64,000 nt of DNA, taken from the NCBI GenBank assembly GCA_040755855.1, contig JBFMAD010000001.1:64001-128000 (forward strand). The letters are read 5' to 3'. A model generated the notes under the pieces. That model was not told where the DNA came from and made no database searches. It worked only from the letters and a program-made list of their open reading frames with translations. The first letter of the stretch is position 1. Each line of letters opens with the position of its first letter. Of this stretch, positions 56,661-64,000 are shown in pieces. Source of the DNA: Planctomycetota bacterium. GTDB lineage: Bacteria > Planctomycetota > Brocadiia > JAADGH01. The position numbers and the translations under genes are program-made.

Positions 56661-57014
56661 ATGGGAGTATTCAAGACATTCTATCGTCGCTTTCTGAGTT
56701 TGCGGGTAACATTTCCCTATGGCTGTCCCTACTGCGAGGGGGATCGAACCAAGATTGTTGTTAGCGGTTTCCATCTCAGATATCACTGCAACAAATGTGG
56801 CTGTGTCTACGCTATTATTCGTACAAGAGGTTTGTGGGGCGGTGGTGCATACCAATGGCAATGCCTGTTTGGCGACGGCACGCTCAGCGCCAGTACGTGC
56901 ACGATAGAGGACTGTCATTCCTGCAAAGGCACGCTTTGCCAATATTACTTCGTCTGGTCAGGGGAGGAAGGCGGTAGCAGAATTATATGCTGGAAATGCG
57001 GGAATCGGGTGTGA
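56661..57014 (+). CDS. Small Cys-rich protein with four CxxC pairs (putative double zinc ribbon)
   Basis: CPYC, CNKC, CHSC, CWKC; AAGGA SD; visibly lower GC than neighbours. Confidence 0.6.
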   Translation: MGVFKTFYRRFLSLRVTFPYGCPYCEGDRTKIVVSGFHLRYHCNKCGCVYAIIRTRGLWGGGAYQWQCLFGDGTLSASTCTIEDCHSCKGTLCQYYFVWSGEEGGSRIICWKCGNRV

Positions 57015-57139
57015 GTGAAACCCACGAGACCATTGACAGATGATATAGCTGGCAGCAGAACCAGGAACATGGTCAGGGGGCGATGACATATTTGAACCAC
57101 GTAGGGCCACGCAAGAGAATAGGGGGTCTGAGGAGAATA

Positions 57140-57167
57140 GGGGGTCTGGTCTCAACTTTCTACTTTT
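57140..57167 (-). repeat. GGGGTCTGGTCT-type end repeat
   Basis: GGGGGTCTGGTCTCAACTTTCTACTTTT. Confidence 0.8.
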
Positions 57168-57235
57168 CAGGTGATTGAGGTCGAGGAATAAAGGGGAGGG
57201 CAGGCTTGTTTGTGGCGAGGGCTTCAGTGCCTTCT

Positions 57236-57348
57236 GAATGTCGAATAATGAACAAGGAATATCGAATGTTGAAGTGAAGAAAGAATTTGCGCACGAGCCT
57301 TTCTTCTGCTTCGTCATTCGACATTCCGTGTTCGATATTCGGTGTTTC
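57236..57348. repeat. Inverted arrays of a 7-mer (GAATNNN)n / (NNNATTC)n
   Basis: GAATGTC GAATAAT GAACAAG GAATATC GAATGTT GAAG ... CTTC GTCATTC GACATTC CGTGTTC GATATTC. Confidence 0.8.
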
Positions 57349-57356
57349 AGGGATTG

Positions 57357-57453
57357 GAGCTTATTCGCGAATCGCGGCATTTGTAGGCGCACCCTTTATG
57401 GGTGCGTCGGATCGCAGGCTAAAGCCTGCGCCTACCAATTCGCGGATAAGTTC
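57357..57453. mobile_element. MITE-like shell enclosing a GTAG REP doublet
   Basis: GAGCTTATTCGCGAAT ... ATTCGCGGATAAGTTC (14/16 match); shares GCATTTGTAGSCGCACCCT with 15778-15917. Confidence 0.55.
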
Positions 57454-58194
57454 TTAGTCTTTGACGACCACGACCGCCTCGCTGAAGACCGCCTTGCTTG
57501 AATCAAGGCCTTGATTCTTCTCGCCGAAGAGGATGCGGAACGGCTGCCCGTCCTTCACGTTCAGGTCTTTGAGGGGGATGGCCATCTCCACCCCGTCCGG
57601 CCCGTGGGCGATCCAGCTTCCCGCCTCGTCCGAATCCTGCCGAGGGGACGCCTGCGCGTCGGACCCGAACTTGCCCCGGCTGTTCAGGCCATGCAGGGCC
57701 ATGATGATGCGGCATCCGTCCTGGTAACTTCCCCCCTTGGGGCGGGCGGCCATGCCGACGGCCAGCTCCGCTCCGCGCGCGGCGGCGATGTCGAACGGAC
57801 CGGCGGCCTGGTAGCCCGTGTCGCGGTTCGCATCCATGTCGAAGTAAAGCTCAAAGAGCCCGCTCCTCTCGTGCGTCCTGTATTGCTCGTCGGGGCTTGG
57901 CGAGGAACACGCGAGAATCCACAGCCTTTTTCCGTCGTGGGCCACATAGACCTGTTTGAAGTCAATGGTCTGCTTCCACATGCCGCCGCCCTTTGCGCCG
58001 GCCTCCTCCCAGAGCGGTTTCAGGCCGGTCCAGTCCTTTGCGTCGCCGTCGAGGGCCATCTTGCCCGCCTCCACCTTCGGCAGAGCGGTCGCGCCGGACG
58101 TCCCGACGGACGGTTGGCCGACGGCGACGGTCATCGCAAACAAACCGACGACGAGGCCGGCCGTTATCCAATGGAGACCGTTCTTTCCGCACAT
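57454..58194 (-). CDS. Exported hypothetical protein (possible carbohydrate-binding beta-sandwich)
   Basis: Signal-like N-terminus, LDGDAKDW, YFDMDANRDTG, VEMAIPLKDL; AGGAGG SD. Confidence 0.7.
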   Translation of the reverse strand: MCGKNGLHWITAGLVVGLFAMTVAVGQPSVGTSGATALPKVEAGKMALDGDAKDWTGLKPLWEEAGAKGGGMWKQTIDFKQVYVAHDGKRLWILACSSPSPDEQYRTHERSGLFELYFDMDANRDTGYQAAGPFDIAAARGAELAVGMAARPKGGSYQDGCRIIMALHGLNSRGKFGSDAQASPRQDSDEAGSWIAHGPDGVEMAIPLKDLNVKDGQPFRILFGEKNQGLDSSKAVFSEAVVVVKD

Positions 58195-58202
58195 ATTCCC
58201 TC

Positions 58203-59048
58203 CTACCTCACGAGCGCCTTGCATGTCGCGTTGATATTCCAGGTGTAGGTGATGAACTGGACAGGTTGCGAGATTTCGCGTTTGCCCGTCACGCTGCCCG
58301 ACGTCATGATCTCGAGCGTCCCCTTTTCGCCGTCCATGGAGAGGTTGAACCGGCGCATCGCGCCCCTGGCCTTCGCGCCCTTCCATTCCTCCACCCAGCT
58401 CTCATTGGAGTAGGCAAAACCGAAGAAGCACCAGCTTATCTCGGCGATGTTCTCCTGCTTCCGCTCCTTGCCCTCCTCGAAGTAGATGGTCATATACATC
58501 TCGGGGGGAGAGGTCCATATCTTGGGATCCGGGCTGGGCTTGTTGCGCAACATGCTGCTCTTCAGCGTCTCTATATCCTCATCGGTCAGATCGTAGGGGA
58601 AGAAGGAGAGCCTTATCATCTTCCGCGGATCGTCATCGTAAAGGAGCGCCAGGGCGCTCTTGAAGTTCATGGCGTAGTTCTTCGTCGTCTGCGCGATTTT
58701 TTGGACCACTTTGATGTTTCCGAGCGTCCCGGCGGTCGGGCGGGCGCCAGGCAGCGCTTCGGGCCTCGACGGCGGCTGCGGCCCCTCATCGGGTTTCGGC
58801 TCTTGCGCGGGCGGGGGCATGGCGGGACCCTGCGTTTTCTTGACCTCCTGCACCTGGCTGCGCTTGAAGTCCATGGTCCCGAACTGCATCTTGAGCACGA
58901 TCTTGTCGGGGGTCTCCTCGAGGATTTGCCCCTCGAAGCGATTGCCGTTTTTGAGGACCACGACATCGGCGCGAAGGCCTGTCGGCGCGGCAATGCCGAT
59001 CATCATCAGAATCAGTCCGATCCACAAGATTCGCGTCGTCTTGGTCAT
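58203..59048 (-). CDS. Exported hypothetical protein
   Basis: Signal peptide ending LRA-DVVVLKNGNRFEGQI, Pro-rich linker. Confidence 0.75.
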   Translation of the reverse strand: MTKTTRILWIGLILMMIGIAAPTGLRADVVVLKNGNRFEGQILEETPDKIVLKMQFGTMDFKRSQVQEVKKTQGPAMPPPAQEPKPDEGPQPPSRPEALPGARPTAGTLGNIKVVQKIAQTTKNYAMNFKSALALLYDDDPRKMIRLSFFPYDLTDEDIETLKSSMLRNKPSPDPKIWTSPPEMYMTIYFEEGKERKQENIAEISWCFFGFAYSNESWVEEWKGAKARGAMRRFNLSMDGEKGTLEIMTSGSVTGKREISQPVQFITYTWNINATCKALVR

Positions 59049-59431
59049 GGTTGCTCCGTTTCTCTTCTCCGATGCCCAGTCCATCCGAAACTCTTGAAAA
59101 CCATACCATAGCAGGAAAGCGATTCCCATCGAAAACCCCAGGCCGCGGTCGGTTGCGGGCAGGTATAAGTATCAGGTATATTTAACATCTTGATATAACA
59201 GTTGATACACACATAATGTTGACGGACGGCTCTCGTGCGGAAAAGAAACGGGATGAGATTGGCGCATCCGTAATAAGTTTGGTCTTAACTGATGTACAAA
59301 CAACCACTTAAAAAGGTCTGGCCTATGCCGTTCACTGCTATTTGCACAGGCGGGCGGATGGACCGCCCTACGTCCCTTGATGGGACCCGTTGACCGAGAA
59401 AAATGACGTGCGCCCGGCGCGGCCTCAACCA

Positions 59432-59460
59432 TTGAAGCGGCGCGCCGCGTTCGCTATGAT
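59432..59460 (+). promoter_or_regulatory. Sigma70-type promoter
   Basis: TTGAAG-N17-TATGAT upstream of the AGGAGG SD and ATG 59495. Confidence 0.5.
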
Positions 59461-59494
59461 GGCATCTGCAAAGAGGAACTTCAGGAGGAAAACC

Positions 59495-60409
59495 ATGCGC
59501 AAAGACAAAGAAACGCGACGTCGGGAACTCTACGACCTCCTCGGCGACTTGCCCGACCGGGACCGCACGGTATCGGCTGTGAAGGTGATGGATGAGGAGC
59601 GCGAGACGTTCGTCCTCGAGAAACTCGTCCTCGACCTCAACAGCGTCGAGTCGGTCCCGGCATATTTCGCATATCCGAAAAAGGAGAAGGGCCCGTTCCC
59701 GACCATCCTCTACAATCACGCCCACGGCGGCAACTACCCCCTCGGCAAGAACGAACTCCTCCTCGGTCACGGCGAGGCCTTCCAGAAGCCGCCGTACGCC
59801 GAGGAGCTGACGCGCCGCGGATGCGCCGCACTGTGCATTGACCACTGGGCCTTCGGCGAGCGTAAGGGCCGGACGGAATCCGAAATTTTCAAGCTCATGC
59901 TCTGGCGCGGGCAGGTGATGTGGGGCATGATGGTCTTCGACAGCATCAAGGCCGTGGACTACCTCGTCTCGCGTCCCGACGTGGACGCCGACCGCCTCGG
60001 CACGCTCGGTCTCTCCATGGGCAGCACGATGGCCTGGTGGGTGGCGGCGCTCGACACGCGCATCAAGGTCTGCGTGGACCTCTGCTGCCTGACCGACTAC
60101 CAGGCCCTCATCGAGACGCGCGGCCTCGACGGGCACGGCATCTACTACTACGTCCCGCGCCTGCTCAATCACTTCAGCACGGCGCAGATCAATGCCCTCA
60201 TCGCGCCCCGTGCGCACCTGAGCCTGGCCGGGAACTACGACAAGCTCACCCCGCCCGCCGGCCTCGACCGTATTGACGCGGAGCTGAACAAGGTCTATGC
60301 CGCCGAGGGCGCGCCCGACGCCTGGCGGCTCCTCCGCTACGAGATCGGCCACTTCGAGACGGCGGAGATGAGGAAGGAAATCATCTCATTCCTGGGAGAC
60401 CGGCTATGA
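59495..60409 (+). CDS. Alpha/beta hydrolase (dienelactone hydrolase-like)
   Basis: HAHGG, GLSMG nucleophile elbow, D in GNYDKL, H in IGHFE. Confidence 0.88.
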   Translation: MRKDKETRRRELYDLLGDLPDRDRTVSAVKVMDEERETFVLEKLVLDLNSVESVPAYFAYPKKEKGPFPTILYNHAHGGNYPLGKNELLLGHGEAFQKPPYAEELTRRGCAALCIDHWAFGERKGRTESEIFKLMLWRGQVMWGMMVFDSIKAVDYLVSRPDVDADRLGTLGLSMGSTMAWWVAALDTRIKVCVDLCCLTDYQALIETRGLDGHGIYYYVPRLLNHFSTAQINALIAPRAHLSLAGNYDKLTPPAGLDRIDAELNKVYAAEGAPDAWRLLRYEIGHFETAEMRKEIISFLGDRL

Positions 60410-61110
60410 AGGATTACGTGGCGGGCGGCTACTTCATCGCCAATTACCTCGACAGGCCGGAGTGCATGCCCTCCGAACTCTTGCCGGATCGCATCCTTAG
60501 CGCATCGGATTGCATCGTTGACATAGTTCCTGACGCATGGGCATATCGCGGTATGGGCGATAAGGGACGTGAGGTACGAGAAAGAATGGCTTCGGCTATG
60601 GGGATTGAGTCTGTCATGCTTACGCAAGCGATGCGGTGGACTGAAGCGCGGCGCAAGGCCCGGGAGTTTGCATGGCCAGATGTGTTCACCTCGACCAAAG
60701 TCGCCAGTGAGTTCGCTCATCTCTTTCTCCGCAATTCGCAGGATTGGGCGCTCATCGGCATCGGACTTCATCAAACCCTTGTTCGCACGTTCACCCAGGA
60801 GATTGCGCACGTAGGCGAATACGGTGACGGCGTTCACTGGGTCTTGAGCAAAGGGCTCGCGCTCGAACCGCTTGCGCAAGTGCTTGGCTTTGAGGTCCTT
60901 GGCTTCGAAAGCGGTGGATTCCACTCCTCGCTATGCCACGGTCTGGAGCGGGATTTCTTCCGCCATCTCGGGATCCGGCCGAATCGCTCCGGGTTCTACG
61001 ATGAGTTCGACGACGCCCTGCGCTGCGCCGAGTACGCCAACCGGGACGATGTCCCGACGGAACACGTGCGGTGGATGCCGTGGTTGATCGTGAAATACGA
61101 GATGGCATGA
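60406..61110 (+). CDS. Hypothetical protein
   Basis: 234-aa ORF with ATGA overlap; LGFEVLG...FHSSLC. Confidence 0.7.
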   Translation: MKDYVAGGYFIANYLDRPECMPSELLPDRILSASDCIVDIVPDAWAYRGMGDKGREVRERMASAMGIESVMLTQAMRWTEARRKAREFAWPDVFTSTKVASEFAHLFLRNSQDWALIGIGLHQTLVRTFTQEIAHVGEYGDGVHWVLSKGLALEPLAQVLGFEVLGFESGGFHSSLCHGLERDFFRHLGIRPNRSGFYDEFDDALRCAEYANRDDVPTEHVRWMPWLIVKYEMA

Positions 61111-61205
61111 TCTCTGATGGATTTCCGATTGACGATTTTCGATTTGGGGAAACCACGAAGAACGTCCCCGCGAGGGCGGGAAAGGACGCGAAGAGAAGAA
61201 ATAGA

Positions 61206-61588
61206 CGCAGATGAACGCAGATGCGCACGGATAGGCAGGCGGCAGGCCTCCGTGAACGCGGCAGAGGATAAATGTGGCAAATTGGTATTGTGGAACCATA
61301 ATAGCAGTATTACCCAACGCTGCCGCGCGACCGAGGTGGATGTGGGCGACTTGCGCCCGTCATTCCCGCGCACGTAGAAATCCATGCGGCGGATCGGGCG
61401 GCAAGGGAGGCACAGATGAGCGCAGACGCACACGGGTAGGCATGCGACGGCCCCCATGAACGCGGCAAAGAATAAATGCGGTAAGGTGGTATTGTGTAAC
61501 CACAATAGTAGTATTCCCTGACGCCGCCGCTCCCCCGATGTGGATGTGGGCCACTTACAGCCGTCATTCGCGCGAAAGCGAGAACCCA
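61206..61588. repeat. Degenerate tandem duplication of a ~204-bp non-coding unit
   Basis: 61206-61384 aligns to 61411-61588; each has a CAGATG repeat, an AT-rich palindromic core and a GTCATTC arm. Confidence 0.8.
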
Positions 61589-61804
61589 CGGTTGCATTAT
61601 GGGTGACTTTTTCGGATGATGGCCGCGGGCGATCCGCCCGCCGGAAAGTAGAAGCGGCATCTTGCCGTTTCCCGAAGAGCCTGGAAGGCTCTTCTACGTT
61701 AAGAAGACGGCGGGCCGAAGACCCGCCCTACCTGCGATGATCGAACTGGTTGTCATTCCCGCGCAAGCGGGAATCCACGATCAACGGTTGGGTGACGTAG
61801 CTCG

Positions 61805-62428
61805 ATGACGACCGAACACGACGAAAATGAAGTCGCCGTTCCGAAGGCGGATGCCAAGCCGCCCGCGGTCCGGGTCCGCTGCCGACGCTGCGGCGGGGTC
61901 TATGATCCCGACGCGACGAGGTGGCGGTGTCCGTTGTGCAACCACTCGCGGATCAGTCTGCGGTTCGAGTACCGGGCCTTTTCTGTTGTTTTGCTGGTCT
62001 ACCTCTTGTCTGGTGGACCGATGCGCTTTCCGTTTTGGACCATGATATCGGTTGCTCCGTTCTTCAGGGGCGTACCGAGATGGCCACCGGCTCCTTTGTG
62101 GGTTGACTATCGTGATGTCACTGTATCCTTGCTCTTTGTGTTGCTCTTTGTCCTGATCGCGGCCACGGTGTCGAAAACATTGAGAGAACGTGCGCCTTGG
62201 CAGCGCACGAAACTGAGGCGGCGCATCTGGGGAATTCTTGTGTTTGATCGGTTGGTCTATACCTTCGACCGGCTGACCCTTGTTGCGCTGATGATCTCAA
62301 CTGGTTCGTCAGGACGCAACTTTGCGTTCTGCCATGCCTTCGCAATTAAACCACAGGACGTCCTGTTGGTGGGCATGATGGGGTACTGGATTTGGCTGTA
62401 TCTTCGATCACGTAAATGCTCCGTTTGA
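61805..62428 (+). CDS. Hypothetical membrane protein with N-terminal zinc ribbon
   Basis: CRRC...CPLC followed by several hydrophobic segments. Confidence 0.6.
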   Translation: MTTEHDENEVAVPKADAKPPAVRVRCRRCGGVYDPDATRWRCPLCNHSRISLRFEYRAFSVVLLVYLLSGGPMRFPFWTMISVAPFFRGVPRWPPAPLWVDYRDVTVSLLFVLLFVLIAATVSKTLRERAPWQRTKLRRRIWGILVFDRLVYTFDRLTLVALMISTGSSGRNFAFCHAFAIKPQDVLLVGMMGYWIWLYLRSRKCSV

Positions 62429-62443
62429 GTTTTGATTAGACCC

Positions 62444-63595
62444 ATGACCGCCCGCGAAAAAATGCTGGCCGCCTTCTCCCCCTCCGGCGCGCCGGAGGTT
62501 CCGGCGACAATCTGCTATGAGGGGATCATGGTGCGCGATCATTGGGAGGAGGTCACCGACCGCCCCTGGTGGTTCCACCATTCCTACGACCTCGACGAGC
62601 AGATGCAGTGGCGGCGCGACCTCGTCGCCCGTGTGCCGCAGGATTGGATCCAGTCCCCGCCGTGCGCCTCGCGGGAGCAGCGAAGAATCTGGCGGCTCGA
62701 TGTCCGGCCCGGGGGCGTCTTCTGGGTCAACACCCGCACGGGCAGGGAACAGCAACTGAAGCGCCCGGCCGTCTCAGGCTGGAGCGAGGGGCGCGCCCTT
62801 CATTCCCACCACCCCGCAAGGTTGATCGAGACCGTCGCCGAGATCAACGAGCAGATACCCACCCCGCCGGACATCGACGCTCACGCCTTCGTGGAGCAGG
62901 GCCGCGACGACCTGGCATTGCAGATACGAAAGGAATTTCCCGACCTCTGCCTCCTCGGCGGCGCGACATCGCCGCTATGGCAGTGCTACGGCGTGTGGGG
63001 CTTTGAGGGGATGATGACGATGATCGCCGACCGGCCCGATCTGGTCGAGCACGCCTGCCGCCGCGCCCTGCCGGAGGAGTTGAACCGCGTGCGCCAGGAC
63101 GCAGCCTGCGGCGCGGACGCGGTCTGGATCGAGGAGTGTTTCACCGATATGGTCAGCCCCGATGCGTTCAGGCGCCTGAACCTGCCCTTCATCCGCGCCA
63201 TCGCCGACGAGGTCCGCGCCCTCGGCATGAAGAGCGTCTATTACTTCTGCGGAAATCCGGCGGGCAAGTGGGACCTGCTCCTCGACGCCGGCGCCGACGC
63301 CCTGTCCCTGGAGGAGAGCAAGAAGGGGTTCGACATTGACATCGAGGACGTCGTCAATCACGTGCAGGGGCGGTGCACCGTCTTCGGCAATCTCGACGCC
63401 ATCAACCTCCTGCCCAACGGAACCGAGGCGCGGCTCCGGGCCGAGATCGAGCGCCAGATCGCCGCCGGCCGCTGCAACGGCGGGCGGTTCATCATGGGTC
63501 TCGGCAGCCCCGTCACGCCGGAGACGCCCATCGAGCGCGTACGGCTATATTGCGAAATGGCGCACGAGATCGGCTCTCGGCATGGGCAGGGGTAG
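62444..63595 (+). CDS. Uroporphyrinogen decarboxylase-family protein
   Basis: MTAREK, GFEG, YFCG, FGNLD, FIMGLGSPV..ETP. Confidence 0.85.
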   Translation: MTAREKMLAAFSPSGAPEVPATICYEGIMVRDHWEEVTDRPWWFHHSYDLDEQMQWRRDLVARVPQDWIQSPPCASREQRRIWRLDVRPGGVFWVNTRTGREQQLKRPAVSGWSEGRALHSHHPARLIETVAEINEQIPTPPDIDAHAFVEQGRDDLALQIRKEFPDLCLLGGATSPLWQCYGVWGFEGMMTMIADRPDLVEHACRRALPEELNRVRQDAACGADAVWIEECFTDMVSPDAFRRLNLPFIRAIADEVRALGMKSVYYFCGNPAGKWDLLLDAGADALSLEESKKGFDIDIEDVVNHVQGRCTVFGNLDAINLLPNGTEARLRAEIERQIAAGRCNGGRFIMGLGSPVTPETPIERVRLYCEMAHEIGSRHGQG

Positions 63596-63749
63596 TCCCG
63601 CGGCGGGTATGCCGGACTATTCATAAGCCTTGTCGCGGCAATCGTAACCAGTGTTTGTGCAAGTTCTTAGAACAACTGGCGCAGATAATTCCCCTCTCCA
63701 TGCAATGGAGAGGAAGGTGTGAAAAAATTGTGTGACCCCCTTTGCTCGT

Positions 63750-63813
63750 GTGCCACGGCTTGCTTGCAAGCCGTGTACGGCCCCGCACGGGTTGCAAGCA
63801 ACCCGTGGCACCC
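63750..63813. repeat. REP doublet (GGGTGGCACGG family)
   Basis: Near-identical to 15821-15895. Confidence 0.85.
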
Positions 63814-64000
63814 GTTGCCGCCGATTTCTTCACACCTTCGAGGGGTTAGGGGGAGAGGCAGCGCGGCGAGGCACCTGCGCCTCACCCCCGGCCCCTCTCC
63901 GCGGGCGGAGAGGGGACTGCGTTTGAGAACGATCCGGGGCAAAGGGTTGCTATTATTTTGTCTCTTTCTTTACCTTATCCCACAAGGGCTTCCAAATCTT

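Noticed and set aside
56958..57501. Short ORFs across the 57-kb repeat cluster
   Set aside because: The peptides simply reflect 7-mer arrays, end repeats and REPs.
63970..63990. DnaA box or oriC at the window end
   Set aside because: TTATCCCACA is not a match to TTATCCACA, and no box cluster is visible.

Overview
GC-rich bacterial chromosomal segment. The gene content suggests Planctomycetota or a relative (sulfatase, PQQ-propeller giant protein, kinase-FGE fusion, lysS-lolC/E-lolD linkage); this taxonomy is inference. Housekeeping blocks are the alaS 3' end, rpmF-plsX-fabH-fabD-fabG-acpP-fabF, lysS, lolC/E-lolD-ilvE, mnmG, alr, nagB-pta-ackA and folC. They are interleaved with carbohydrate/sulfate-ester genes, an MmeI-like Type IIL restriction-modification gene and many hypotheticals. 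No rRNA, tRNA, CRISPR array, transposase, integrase or reverse transcriptase was recognised. The most unusual content is the dense set of small repeats. (1) A four-helix-bundle gene is enclosed by inverted arrays of an 8-mer, and an 'empty' copy of the same arrays lies 11 kb away; analogous 6-mer and 7-mer inverted arrays occur elsewhere. (2) Six repeat tracts from five families are inserted in frame in the RM gene, and a REP-like palindrome is inserted in frame in mnmG. (3) Five 27-bp GGGGTCAGGTCT-type ends plus a duplicated promoter module bracket accessory genes like cassettes. The window also holds MITE-like shells, two candidate small RNAs, a perfect parS site and an apparent RTCGAY avoidance.
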